Source: an uncultured Bacilli bacterium
GTDB lineage: Bacteria; Bacillota_I; Bacilli_A; RF39; UBA660
DNA length: 55,342 nucleotides
NCBI GenBank assembly: GCA_947624085.1
Contig: CANQIK010000004.1
Span: 1 to 55,342 of the forward strand
Reading direction: 5' to 3'
Each line of letters begins with the position of its first letter. Position 1 is the first letter of the stretch. Made by a program: the position numbers and the translations under genes. Below, one piece after another: positions 1 through 8,829 of this stretch. The notes under the pieces are model-generated. The model saw only the letters and a list, made by a program, of their open reading frames with translations. It did not search any database and had not been told where the DNA came from.

Positions 1-57
<57 letters not shown>

Positions 58-186
58 GTGTCAATTGACGTGAAGTGCTTTACGTTCTAAACATTAATAT
101 CTTTTTCATTTCATGATTTCTTTCGTCAACTTCTTTTGCTTATAAATGATGTTCTAGCAAATATTCAACATAGTATCGTTAATATT

Positions 187-1128
187 TTATTTTAATAGTC
201 TTTTTAAACTTCTAACTTGGTCTTGAAGATCGCTAAGTATATCGTCAATCAAATCTTGTTCTATTGGCTCACTTGGGTTTAAATCATCAACTGCTGGCTT
301 CTCAGCTGGAGGTAATATTTCTTGGCCATTAAGATGGCAACCAAACCAACAATGAATCATTGCTAAATATATGGCATATTTATATTTACCATTTTTTAGG
401 TCAGTATCAGAAAGTTCAATGTTAATACCTGTATTACATAAATTACAATAGGGAAAATCTCCTGCTTCAAACGTATCAAAATAGCTCCTAGCATGGATTG
501 TTCTAGATGATAAATTTATTCCTTTCAAAGAACTTTTGCAACCTGAAATAATGCAATTACTGGGAATTGATAAATTAGTTTCCCCTATACTAGAATGCGA
601 TAAATACAAATTTGTTATTCCCGTCAAATCTAGTTGCGATAAGTCTACTCCTGTAAAGTTACACTCACTAATATTAATCCATTTTTCATGAATTGCTTCA
701 AACGATTTTGCTAAATCAACGTTGGCATTTGTCCAACTATAATCTACAATGTAGCCTGTTTGGCTTTTAAGAAGGCTTTTTTCCATATCTTTTCTAATTT
801 TGCTAATTTTTTCCAATACACTTTTATCATAAATGGCCCAAGGGCCACTATTAATGATAAATTCAACTTCATCTTCTTCACAACCCAATATATCCCAAGA
901 AACATTAGTAAAATCAACTTCACTTAAATCAATCTTTCTTAAAAACTCGCCAGACCATACTGGTAACTTTACTATTATACCTTGTTTTTCATCTAAAGTT
1001 ACAGTTTCAAATAATAAATCCTCTAATAATTGTTTATCTAAATGCAATCTTTGGCCATTAGGAACTGCATTTACTAATCTAATTATTTTCTCCCTTAATT
1101 CTTTTTTACTTCTTTCACTTAATTCCAT
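187..1128 (-). CDS. Pentapeptide-repeat-like protein, paralog 1 of tandem triplet
   Basis: 313 aa, GGAGG RBS; interrupted pentapeptide-type units (IDLSE VDFTN; CNFTG VDLSQ LDLTG; SSLKG INLSS; CNLCN TGINI); clearly similar to the next two ORFs. Confidence 0.7.
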   Translation of the reverse strand: MELSERSKKELREKIIRLVNAVPNGQRLHLDKQLLEDLLFETVTLDEKQGIIVKLPVWSGEFLRKIDLSEVDFTNVSWDILGCEEDEVEFIINSGPWAIYDKSVLEKISKIRKDMEKSLLKSQTGYIVDYSWTNANVDLAKSFEAIHEKWINISECNFTGVDLSQLDLTGITNLYLSHSSIGETNLSIPSNCIISGCKSSLKGINLSSRTIHARSYFDTFEAGDFPYCNLCNTGINIELSDTDLKNGKYKYAIYLAMIHCWFGCHLNGQEILPPAEKPAVDDLNPSEPIEQDLIDDILSDLQDQVRSLKRLLK

Positions 1129-1133
1129 AATTT

Positions 1134-1175
1134 ACCTCCAAAATATTAGATTTATTATACTATAACATTAATCAA
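1134..1175 (-). promoter_or_regulatory. Promoter/RBS block (TATAAT, GGAGGT), duplicated at 3094-3135
   Basis: 42 bp with 1 mismatch relative to 3094-3135. Confidence 0.8.
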
Positions 1176-1186
1176 TTTAAGACACT

Positions 1187-2116
1187 TCATTTTTTAAGGC
1201 GTCTAACTTGGCCTTGAAGATCGTCAATTACATCATCAATAAAGTCTAGTTCTGTTGGCTCATTTAGACTTAAAACATCAACTGTTGGCTCTTCTGCTAG
1301 GGCTAAAACCTTTTTGCCATTAACGTAGCATCCAACCCAACAGTGGGTCATTGCCATATAGATAGCACAATCATATTCACTTGTTAAGTCACTTGCAGAA
1401 AGATCAATGTTAATGCCTGTATTGCATAAATTACAATAAGCAAGATCTTCTTCTTCAAACTTAGCAAGATAGCAACCAGCATATATTGTTCTAGATGATA
1501 AATCTATTCCTTCAAAGGAACTCTTGAGACCTAAAATATCTAAATTACTTGGAATTGATAAATTAGTTTTCCCTATACTAGAATGTGTTAGATACAAATT
1601 TTCTATTTCCGTCAAATCTAGTTGTGATAAATCAACTCCGGTAAAGTTACACTCACTAATACTAATACAATGTTGATGGATTGCTTCAAACGATTTTGTT
1701 AAATCAATGTTGGCATTTGTCCAGCTATAATCTACAATATATCCTAATCGGCTATCAAGATAGTTCTTTCTCATTTCCGTTCTAATTTTGGTGATTTTTT
1801 CAATTACACTTTTATTACTGGTAGTCTTAGTACTACTATTAATGATAAATTCAACTTCATCTTCTTCGCAACCCAAAATATTCCAAGAAACATTAGTAAA
1901 ATCAACTTCACTTAAATCAATCTTTCTTAAAAACTCGCCAGACCATACTGGTAATTTTAATATTATATTATTTTCTTCACCTAGAACAATAACTTCAAAT
2001 AATAAATCCTCTAACAACTCTTTATCTAAGTGCACTCTTTGACCATAAGGTACTTTATTTACTAATCTAATTATTCTTTCCCTTAATTCATTTTTACTTT
2101 TATCGCTTAACTTCAT
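1187..2116 (-). CDS. Pentapeptide-repeat-like protein, paralog 2
   Basis: 309 aa, GGAGG RBS, shares blocks LPVWSGEFLRKIDLSEVDFTNV, VDYSWTNAN, ISECNFTGVDLSQLDLT. Confidence 0.7.
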   Translation of the reverse strand: MKLSDKSKNELRERIIRLVNKVPYGQRVHLDKELLEDLLFEVIVLGEENNIILKLPVWSGEFLRKIDLSEVDFTNVSWNILGCEEDEVEFIINSSTKTTSNKSVIEKITKIRTEMRKNYLDSRLGYIVDYSWTNANIDLTKSFEAIHQHCISISECNFTGVDLSQLDLTEIENLYLTHSSIGKTNLSIPSNLDILGLKSSFEGIDLSSRTIYAGCYLAKFEEEDLAYCNLCNTGINIDLSASDLTSEYDCAIYMAMTHCWVGCYVNGKKVLALAEEPTVDVLSLNEPTELDFIDDVIDDLQGQVRRLKK

Positions 2117-2145
2117 AATTTAACCTCCAATACATTAAATAATTA

Positions 2146-3087
2146 TTACTCCAGCATTAATCCTTCTGACTTATATTTTCTAGTGCGTCTAACTTGGCCT
2201 TGAAGATCGCTAAGTACATCGTCAATAAAACTTTGTTCTGTTGGCTCACTTTGGTTTGAAGAATTAGCAACTGGTTCCTCATCTAAAACTTTTTTACCAT
2301 TAAGATAGCACCCAACCCAACAGTGAATCATTGCCATATAGAAAGCTCCATCATATTTACTCTTATCTAGTTCATCTTCACAAAGTTTAATATTAATACC
2401 TGTACTTTTTAAGTTGCAATATGGAAGATCTGCTCGTTCAGCTATATCAAAATAACCACTGGCATATATTGTTCTAGATGATAAATCTATTCCTTCAAAA
2501 GAACTTTCACAGCCAGAAATATCAACATTACTTGGAATTAATAAATTAGTTTTTCCTATACTAGAACACACTAGATACAAACCTTTTATTCCCGTCAAAT
2601 CTAGTTGTGATAAATCTACTCCAGTAAAGTTGCATTCACTGATAACAATACTTTGTTCATGAATTGCTTCAAATGATTTTGTTAAATCAATGTTGGCATT
2701 TGTCCAACTATAATCTACAGTATAGCCTACTTGCCTCTTAAGGAAATTTTCTCTTTTTTCTCTTGCATTATTATTTCTATAAACACTTTCATCACTAATA
2801 ACTATATTGTTAAAGAGAATTTCGGCATCTTCTTCTTCACAACTCAATATATCCCAAGTAACATTAGTAAAATCAACTTCGCTTAAATCAATCTTTCTTA
2901 AAAACTCACCAGACCATACTGGCATTTTTACTACTGTACCTTGTTCTTTATCTAGAACAATAACCTCAAATAGTAAATCCTCTAACAACTCTTTATCTAA
3001 GTGCACTCTTTGACCATAAGGAACTTTTTCCACCATTTCAATTATTTTCTTTCTTAATTCATTTTTACTTTTTTGACTAAGCTTCAT
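2146..3087 (-). CDS. Pentapeptide-repeat-like protein, paralog 3
   Basis: 313 aa, GGAGG RBS, same conserved blocks. Confidence 0.7.
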   Translation of the reverse strand: MKLSQKSKNELRKKIIEMVEKVPYGQRVHLDKELLEDLLFEVIVLDKEQGTVVKMPVWSGEFLRKIDLSEVDFTNVTWDILSCEEEDAEILFNNIVISDESVYRNNNAREKRENFLKRQVGYTVDYSWTNANIDLTKSFEAIHEQSIVISECNFTGVDLSQLDLTGIKGLYLVCSSIGKTNLLIPSNVDISGCESSFEGIDLSSRTIYASGYFDIAERADLPYCNLKSTGINIKLCEDELDKSKYDGAFYMAMIHCWVGCYLNGKKVLDEEPVANSSNQSEPTEQSFIDDVLSDLQGQVRRTRKYKSEGLMLE

Positions 3088-3093
3088 AGTTTG

Positions 3094-3135
3094 ACCTCCA
3101 AAATATTAGATTTATTATACTACAACATTAATCAA
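3094..3135 (-). promoter_or_regulatory. Promoter/RBS block, copy of 1134-1175
   Basis: Direct repeat containing -10 TATAAT and RBS GGAGGT. Confidence 0.8.
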
Positions 3136-3211
3136 AAGCAATAAATTTTAATCCTCAACATTGCCTACCCTTTTAATTTAATTATTTACTTGGAATATAT
3201 TTTAAAAGGAA

Positions 3212-3916
3212 GTGATTTTTTTGTTAGAAAGTATGGTCCTATTACTAAAAAATATGATGTGTTTTACAGGTAGTTATTCCAATAATGTCTTTTTAGAACC
3301 ATTATCTAAAGAAGAGGAAGATAAATATGTAGAACTCATGCTCCAAGGCGATATGGACGCACGAAATAAATTAATTGAGCATAATTTAAGATTGGTTGCT
3401 CATATAGTCAAAAAATTTGATAGTAAAGAAAAGATGACGGATGATTTAATATCGATTGGAACAATTGGCTTAATTAAAGGCATTGATACTTATAAAGATA
3501 ATAAGAAAACAAAAATTACAACTTATGCTGCAAGATGTATTCAAAACGAAATTCTTATGTATTTTAGAGCCAATCAGAAACGAAATAATGATGTATTTTT
3601 ATCAGATTCAATAGGTTATGATAAAGAAGGAAATGAAATAAGTCTAATTGATGTTCTTGAAGATAATACCGAAGATTATGTGGAAATAATAAATGAAAAA
3701 GATAATATTCAAATGTTAAAGAAATATTTAAATCTTTTAACGGATAAGGAAAAAGAAATTATTAAGAAAAGATATGGTTTAAATGGTGAAGATGAAAAAA
3801 CGCAAAAAGAGATAGCTAAAGAATTAAATATTTCGAGAAGTTATGTATCAAGGATTGAAAAAAGAGCATTAACGAAAATATTAAAAGAATTTGTGAAAGA
3901 CAAAAAAACATTGTAA
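3212..3916 (+). CDS. sigK: RNA polymerase sporulation sigma factor SigK (pro-sigmaK, uninterrupted)
   Basis: GTG start; hydrophobic pro-peptide then S-Y-S-N-N-V-F-L-E-P-L-S; signatures EHNLRLVAHIVKKF, DLISIGTIGLIKGI, TYAARCIQNEILM, TQKEIAKELNISRSYVSRIEKRAL. Confidence 0.93.
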   Translation: MIFLLESMVLLLKNMMCFTGSYSNNVFLEPLSKEEEDKYVELMLQGDMDARNKLIEHNLRLVAHIVKKFDSKEKMTDDLISIGTIGLIKGIDTYKDNKKTKITTYAARCIQNEILMYFRANQKRNNDVFLSDSIGYDKEGNEISLIDVLEDNTEDYVEIINEKDNIQMLKKYLNLLTDKEKEIIKKRYGLNGEDEKTQKEIAKELNISRSYVSRIEKRALTKILKEFVKDKKTL

Positions 3917-3962
3917 TTGAAAATACCTACAATAAATGATAAAATTGTTATAGTACGAGGTT

Positions 3963-5018
3963 GTGGTTATGGAAAATATGGAAATTACGCAAGATACTAT
4001 CATTTATTATGATAAAGCAACAGGTAGAGTGTTGTCTCCAGAGGAATTAAGAGAAAAATGGAATATGGCTGTCTTAAATGGTGGTCATACTGATATTACT
4101 ATTGTATCTTCCCCTGCGAAAAACTTGATTATTGAAGATGGTATCGTAAAAGATAGAGTAAATCAAACTGTTGGCGATTTACTTGCCCAAAGTGCAAAAC
4201 AAAAAGCTGAAATGGATGCTCAAACTGCTGATTTTCAGTCTTTACTAAATTCTAGTGAAAAAGCGGAAAGTTCTTTAACAGATATTGATAATCCTGATTA
4301 TATTATTAATATTTTAGAAAATGCCAAATTAAAATCAAGCATGGATGACTACGCCCATATCGCAGACTCAAGTATTGCAGTTAAAGATGAACCTTTACCT
4401 TCATACGAAAGAATGGGCCAAAGAAAAAGCATTAAATACCCTAGTTTTACCAAAGGCTTAGTTAAAATTGCAACTGTTGCTACTATATTAGGAGTAAGTT
4501 TATCATTAGCAAATGTCGCAGCCCAAAATATATCTTCTACTAATAGATATAATTCTGCAGTTAAATATATTGAAGAACAATATGAAGAAGATGGCCGTAA
4601 TTTTGTAAATAGAAATAAACATATTATCGAAGGCTCCTTTGATTCTTATGGACACCCTATTTATTTTATTGATAATGAAGCGGTAGCCAAAGATATTCTT
4701 GCTGTACCAGATGAAGGATATCTAGGAGCTTTATATATGGCTTATGAGCAAATGGGAAATGACCGAGCAAATGGCGAATATGACAATTGGGATGATACCA
4801 TTGGTTTTATTGGTAGTTTAGTTGATGAAACTCATCCTAAGGCTTACTTAACTACCGCTGGTTGTAAAAGCTTTGATGAATTTTTAATTAAAGCCGGCTA
4901 TGTTGATGAAAAAAGTAAAGAGCCATCAGTAGAAATGTTTAAAACCGCGGGCAAACAAGCTGTTATCGATTTTGCTAATTTCTTGCAAGAAGATAATATT
5001 ACGGTAGGAGGAAGATAA
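3963..5018 (+). CDS. Hypothetical membrane-anchored protein (internal TM helix after a basic stretch)
   Basis: About 350 aa ORF with RBS (GAGG); hydrophobic segment LVKIATVATILGVSLSLANVAA; no family recognised. Confidence 0.7.
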   Translation: MVMENMEITQDTIIYYDKATGRVLSPEELREKWNMAVLNGGHTDITIVSSPAKNLIIEDGIVKDRVNQTVGDLLAQSAKQKAEMDAQTADFQSLLNSSEKAESSLTDIDNPDYIINILENAKLKSSMDDYAHIADSSIAVKDEPLPSYERMGQRKSIKYPSFTKGLVKIATVATILGVSLSLANVAAQNISSTNRYNSAVKYIEEQYEEDGRNFVNRNKHIIEGSFDSYGHPIYFIDNEAVAKDILAVPDEGYLGALYMAYEQMGNDRANGEYDNWDDTIGFIGSLVDETHPKAYLTTAGCKSFDEFLIKAGYVDEKSKEPSVEMFKTAGKQAVIDFANFLQEDNITVGGR

Positions 5019-5227
5019 TGATAGATCTTGAAGTAGTAACTCTTGAAGATAATAAAGAATATTATATTTTAAGAGAAATAGCTAATTATTTATATTTAGT
5101 AAATACCCAAGATGATAAAGATATAACTATTAGAAAAAATGTTAATAAAGATGGCAAAAATTATGTTCAAAAGTTAGATAGTGAGGAAGAATTACAAAAA
5201 GCTTTAGAATTATTTGCTAACAATTAG
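5018..5227 (+). CDS. Small acidic hypothetical protein (possibly DUF1292-like)
   Basis: 69 aa, AGGAGG RBS, overlaps the upstream stop; C-terminal LDSEEELQKALELF resembles DUF1292. Confidence 0.6.
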   Translation: MIDLEVVTLEDNKEYYILREIANYLYLVNTQDDKDITIRKNVNKDGKNYVQKLDSEEELQKALELFANN

Positions 5228-5279
5228 AACCTTAGCGTTCTTTTTTAATCGCATAAAAAAATTAGAGTAAAACTCTAAC

Positions 5280-5525
5280 TTAAAATGAATCAATGTTAAT
5301 CTTAACTTTAGGCATATTCTTTAAAAAAGCATATGCTTGAATAATAGTTCTAATAGCAGAAGCCATTTTGCCACCCTTGCCTATGATTAAACCCATATCA
5401 TCATGATGAACAATGATTTCAATAATTGGTGATTCATCATCACTTTCAAATATTTGCACTTTAACCATATCAGGATTATTCACTAGTGACTTAACAAGGA
5501 ATTCAGTATACTCCGTTAATTCCAT
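5280..5525 (-). CDS. khpA: KH-domain RNA-binding protein KhpA (YlqC)
   Basis: DMGLIIGKGGKMASAIRTI GxxG loop; directly downstream of rpsP as usual. Confidence 0.92.
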   Translation of the reverse strand: MELTEYTEFLVKSLVNNPDMVKVQIFESDDESPIIEIIVHHDDMGLIIGKGGKMASAIRTIIQAYAFLKNMPKVKINIDSF

Positions 5526-5527
5526 AA

Positions 5528-5806
5528 TTAAGCCTTCTTTACTTTTTTGCTTTCAGCATATTTTTTCATAATACCTTGTTTGCTTAAAATATTACGTACG
5601 GTTTCGGTAGGTTCAGCTCCATTATTTAGCCATTTTAAGGCCTTTTCTTCATCAACAGTAACTACTTCTTGACCTTTAATAGGATTATAAGTACCTACAA
5701 GTTCAATAAACTTACCATCTCTAGGGCTTCTTGAATCTGCCGCTACAATACGATAAAAAGGTTTTTGCTTTCCACCCATTCTTTTTAATCTTAATTTAAC
5801 AGCCAT
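5528..5806 (-). CDS. rpsP: 30S ribosomal protein S16
   Basis: [35 protein letters not shown]; start moved to ATG 5806 behind GGAGG. Confidence 0.98.
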   Translation of the reverse strand: MAVKLRLKRMGGKQKPFYRIVAADSRSPRDGKFIELVGTYNPIKGQEVVTVDEEKALKWLNNGAEPTETVRNILSKQGIMKKYAESKKVKKA

Positions 5807-5862
5807 ATTTCCTCCTTTGTTTACTACCATAATATATCATACCAAAAAGATACTGTCAACCT

Positions 5863-6411
5863 TTATTTGTTGACAGCATCATCTAAATAGTTATCATCTA
5901 AATTATCAACATTTATATCTAATTCTTTTTCATCATCCGTATCATATAGTTCTTCATATTCATCAAAGTCATCTTCAACAGCAACTTTAACAGTCGTATT
6001 ACCGATAATTTCCACACCTAATTCTTTTTCAACTTGTAAATTAACATAACCATTTTCTATTTTAACATCAGTGACACTAGGTTGTTTTAAACACTCTACA
6101 ATAATTTCTGATCTATCATCAAGAGTCGAACCATTTTTTAAAGTAGCATTCATCATATCTGAATAGCTAAATTTCTTCGAACATACTCCTGTCTTAGTAT
6201 TGTTATCATATGAATACCAAACATTAACATCATATGAACCGCTTAGGTTAACTTTTCCTCCCGTGGCTGTACCACTGAAACTATGATTTATAACCCAACA
6301 GCCTAAAATGGTATCAGGCTTTTCATCACACTCAAGTTTAAATGAGGCCTTGTTTTTTTTCTTACATTTACCAATTATTGCTTTGGTAACTATTTCTTTA
6401 TAATTTGCCAT
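5863..6411 (-). CDS. cotE: Outer spore coat morphogenetic protein CotE
   Basis: YKEIVTKAIIGK, P-D-T-ILGCWVINH, GSYDVNVWYSYDNNTKT, VEIIGNTTVKVAV and acidic tail match CotE motifs. Confidence 0.9.
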   Translation of the reverse strand: MANYKEIVTKAIIGKCKKKNKASFKLECDEKPDTILGCWVINHSFSGTATGGKVNLSGSYDVNVWYSYDNNTKTGVCSKKFSYSDMMNATLKNGSTLDDRSEIIVECLKQPSVTDVKIENGYVNLQVEKELGVEIIGNTTVKVAVEDDFDEYEELYDTDDEKELDINVDNLDDNYLDDAVNK

Positions 6412-6429
6412 TATATCCCCTTCCTAATT

Positions 6430-6458
6430 TAATTTATGCGACCAAATTGGGAATAGTA
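6430..6458 (-). promoter_or_regulatory. Putative sigmaK/sigmaE-type promoter of cotE
   Basis: Minus strand tAC-N17-CATAaatTA, fits the sigmaK consensus AC-N16/17-CATAnnnTA. Confidence 0.5.
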
Positions 6459-6513
6459 CCTATATTTATAAAATTTTATATGTTATAATTAACGAAAGTA
6501 AGAGGTGTAAAAA

Positions 6514-6879
6514 ATGGATTGTATATTTTGTAAAATTGCTCATAAAGAAATTCCCAGTGAAGTTTTATATGAAGATGATAGTGTTATGGCTATAATGGAT
6601 ATTAATCCTTTATGTGATGGTCATGTCCTTGTTATTCCTAAAAAACATTATGAGGATATTTATGAAGTTGATAAGGAAACTTTAGTACATATGTATGATA
6701 TAGCAAAAGACTTAAATAAAAAGATAATGGCTAAATTAAATGAACCGGGAGCAACATTCTCAATTAATTATGGAGATAAGCAAGAAATAAAACATCTTCA
6801 TTTACATATTCTTCCTAATTTTAAAGCCAAAGCTACTAAAACCCATGAAGAAGTATATAAATTATTAAGTGGAGATTAA
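6514..6879 (+). CDS. hit: HIT family hydrolase
   Basis: DCIFCKI, GHVLVIPKKH, HLHLHILP histidine triad. Confidence 0.92.
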   Translation: MDCIFCKIAHKEIPSEVLYEDDSVMAIMDINPLCDGHVLVIPKKHYEDIYEVDKETLVHMYDIAKDLNKKIMAKLNEPGATFSINYGDKQEIKHLHLHILPNFKAKATKTHEEVYKLLSGD

Positions 6880-6881
6880 TA

Positions 6882-8153
6882 ATGGCCAAAAGAAAATTAA
6901 AGAAAAAATATAAAGTTGTTTTTTGGTTACTAGCTTTAATTATCATCTTTACAGGAGGCTACTTAGTAATTAGTAAAACAGCTTTAAAAGATAATTTTTT
7001 AAATAAAACAAACGCACCTAATAAAGATAATGAGACCAAAGAAAATGAAAGTTATCCTAAAACTTATAAAGCGTCTTTAATTGCCACAGGCGATGGACTT
7101 TTACATAATGCTGTATATCTTGATGCCTATGATAAAGCAACAAATACCTTTGATTTTAAGCCCCAACTTCAATTTGTTAAAGACATTATAAGTAAATATG
7201 ATATTGCTTACTATAATCAAGAAACTGTTTTTGGTAAACCTGAAGGTGAATTACTTACACGATTTCCCGCGGATTCCGTTAATATAGCAGGCTATGTATC
7301 TTATCCCTACTTTAACTCCCCTTCAGCCTTTGGCGATGATATGGTTGACATCGGCTTTAATTTAGTATCTTTAGCCTCTAATCATAGCGCTGATTGTACT
7401 AACCTTACCGATAAATGCGTTACGGACTCATACAATTTTTGGCAAAACAAAGATATTGTATTCGCCGGCTTTAAGCCAACACCTGAGACGGATAGTTCAG
7501 AAAACTATATTATCGCTGAAGCAAACGGTATAACATATACTCTACTTAACTATACAACAAGCCTAAATGGATTAAATGGTTATAACTCTTCAAAACTTAT
7601 TAATGAGTTTGATGAAGAACAAGTAAAAAAAGATATTGAAGCTGTCCGCGATAAAGTTGATGTTCTTATCGTAGCTATGCACTGGCATACAGGAGCAGAA
7701 TATTCTTTTGAAGTAACAGAAGAAAATCGTAAAATTGCTACTTTCTTAGCTAATAATGGCGTTGACTTAGTTCTAGGTACTTACTCTCATTGTTTACAAC
7801 CTTTTGAATGGATAGATGATACGCTTGTTTACTATTCACTTGGCAATTTTATTTCTAATCAAGGCGACTTAATTGATAATATTGGTTATAAAGGCATAGT
7901 TGGTGTCCTTGCTACTTTAGATATCACCAAGACAGTCCAAAAAGATGGAACATCAAGTATTAAAATTGATAATTTAGGAGCAGACCTTACCTACACTTAC
8001 AATAATAACCATCATGATTATCGCGTTATTCCTTTTAGTAAGATGAGCGCCGAATATAACCCGGATTATTTAAAAATATATGAGCAATATAAAGAAGTAT
8101 TTACTTCACTAGATAAAAATATTAATATAGTTCCCGTGAATACGGGCATATAA
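6882..8153 (+). CDS. CapA-family (PGA_cap) membrane-anchored metallophosphoesterase-like protein
   Basis: N-terminal basic stretch plus TM; ATGD, NQET, LASNHSAD, MHW..EY, YYSLGNFIS motifs. Confidence 0.85.
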   Translation: MAKRKLKKKYKVVFWLLALIIIFTGGYLVISKTALKDNFLNKTNAPNKDNETKENESYPKTYKASLIATGDGLLHNAVYLDAYDKATNTFDFKPQLQFVKDIISKYDIAYYNQETVFGKPEGELLTRFPADSVNIAGYVSYPYFNSPSAFGDDMVDIGFNLVSLASNHSADCTNLTDKCVTDSYNFWQNKDIVFAGFKPTPETDSSENYIIAEANGITYTLLNYTTSLNGLNGYNSSKLINEFDEEQVKKDIEAVRDKVDVLIVAMHWHTGAEYSFEVTEENRKIATFLANNGVDLVLGTYSHCLQPFEWIDDTLVYYSLGNFISNQGDLIDNIGYKGIVGVLATLDITKTVQKDGTSSIKIDNLGADLTYTYNNNHHDYRVIPFSKMSAEYNPDYLKIYEQYKEVFTSLDKNINIVPVNTGI

Positions 8154-8182
8154 AAAGCGTTTTTTAACGCTCTTTTATTTTG

Positions 8183-8395
8183 TTAAAACAATTCCTGAAT
8201 TATGAAAATGCCAAAGCCAATGATAAAAAGCAATAATATTAAAACAATAATAATAAATTTAACATCAAACTTCTTTTTAGCTTTTTTATTAATGGGCTCT
8301 GCTGATATTTCTTCCTCTAAATTAATGGGATTTCCACACGCTGGGCAAATAACATCAGTAGAAGTTAAAGCTGTACCACATTTTGGACAATTCAT
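8183..8395 (-). CDS. Zinc-ribbon protein with C-terminal TM helix
   Basis: CPKCG..CPACG, C-terminal hydrophobic helix, GGAGG RBS. Confidence 0.8.
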   Translation of the reverse strand: MNCPKCGTALTSTDVICPACGNPINLEEEISAEPINKKAKKKFDVKFIIIVLILLLFIIGFGIFIIQELF

Positions 8396-8449
8396 ATTCT
8401 AGCCTCCTCGTATTATAAATCAAGTTAAGTATAGCATATATTACGCAAC

Positions 8450-8471
8450 AAAAAAAGAGGCAATGCCTCTT
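8450..8471 (-). terminator. Intrinsic terminator after the two YjcZ-like genes
   Basis: Minus strand AAGAGGC-att-GCCTCTT followed by a T run. Confidence 0.75.
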
Positions 8472-8595
8472 ATATAACTACTCCTCCAATAATGATGGCT
8501 AATAGGATATAAAGGATTAATACGATGAAGAAATAATTATAAAAGCTATTATTATTGCCTTCATTACTAGAAGAATTATTTTTGCAACAGCTCAT
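8470..8595 (-). CDS. Tiny YjcZ/SscA-like sporulation membrane peptide, 41 aa (not in ORF track)
   Basis: Hand translation MSCCKNNSSSNEGNNNSFYNYFFIVLILYILLAIIIGGVVI*; RBS AAGGAGGT. Confidence 0.75.
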   Translation of the reverse strand: MSCCKNNSSSNEGNNNSFYNYFFIVLILYILLAIIIGGVVI

Positions 8596-8608
8596 TTTAT
8601 TTACCTCC

Positions 8609-8698
8609 TTAGATATAAGCTCCCACGATTATTATAAGTAATATAAATAATACTAAAACAATCGCAGCGCCTACGCCAGTTGAACATGAATTTTGCAT
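8609..8698 (-). CDS. Tiny YjcZ/SscA-family sporulation peptide, 29 aa (not in ORF track)
   Basis: Hand translation MQNSCSTGVGAAIVLVLFILLIIIVGAYI*; AAGGAGG RBS 7 nt upstream; LFILLII.G is the YjcZ hallmark. Confidence 0.85.
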   Translation of the reverse strand: MQNSCSTGVGAAIVLVLFILLIIIVGAYI

Positions 8699-8725
8699 TT
8701 TCATTCCTCCTTTTTCTATTCATAG

Positions 8726-8755
8726 TATTTAATGCGAAATTTTAAATAAGGTGCC
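8726..8755 (-). promoter_or_regulatory. Putative sigmaK-type promoter of the yjcZ-like pair
   Basis: Minus strand GGCAC-N16-CATTaaaTA; resembles the element upstream of cotE. Confidence 0.4.
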
Positions 8756-8829
8756 ATTTTCTTTTAAATTTCATTGTTTTTTAACGCTTATATTGTTATA
8801 ATAAGACTTATGGAGGAAATAAAAAAAAT

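Noticed and set aside
58..186. Possible small RNA in the gap after paralog 1 (short hairpin at about 67-86, TTGACG/CGTCAA pair)
   Set aside because: No convincing promoter spacing and no recognisable RNA family; cannot be supported from sequence alone
833..3013. Three similar plus-strand ORFs (833-1165, 1788-2042, 2807-3013) that look like a repeated antisense gene family
   Set aside because: Shadow frames of the conserved blocks of the minus-strand paralogs; no RBS and Ser/Leu-rich antisense composition
3212..3916. skin-like element interrupting sigK
   Set aside because: The ORF is continuous through regions 2 to 4 and no recombinase is nearby
8202..8402. Plus-strand 66-aa ORF
   Set aside because: Antisense shadow of the zinc-ribbon gene, which has the RBS and motifs
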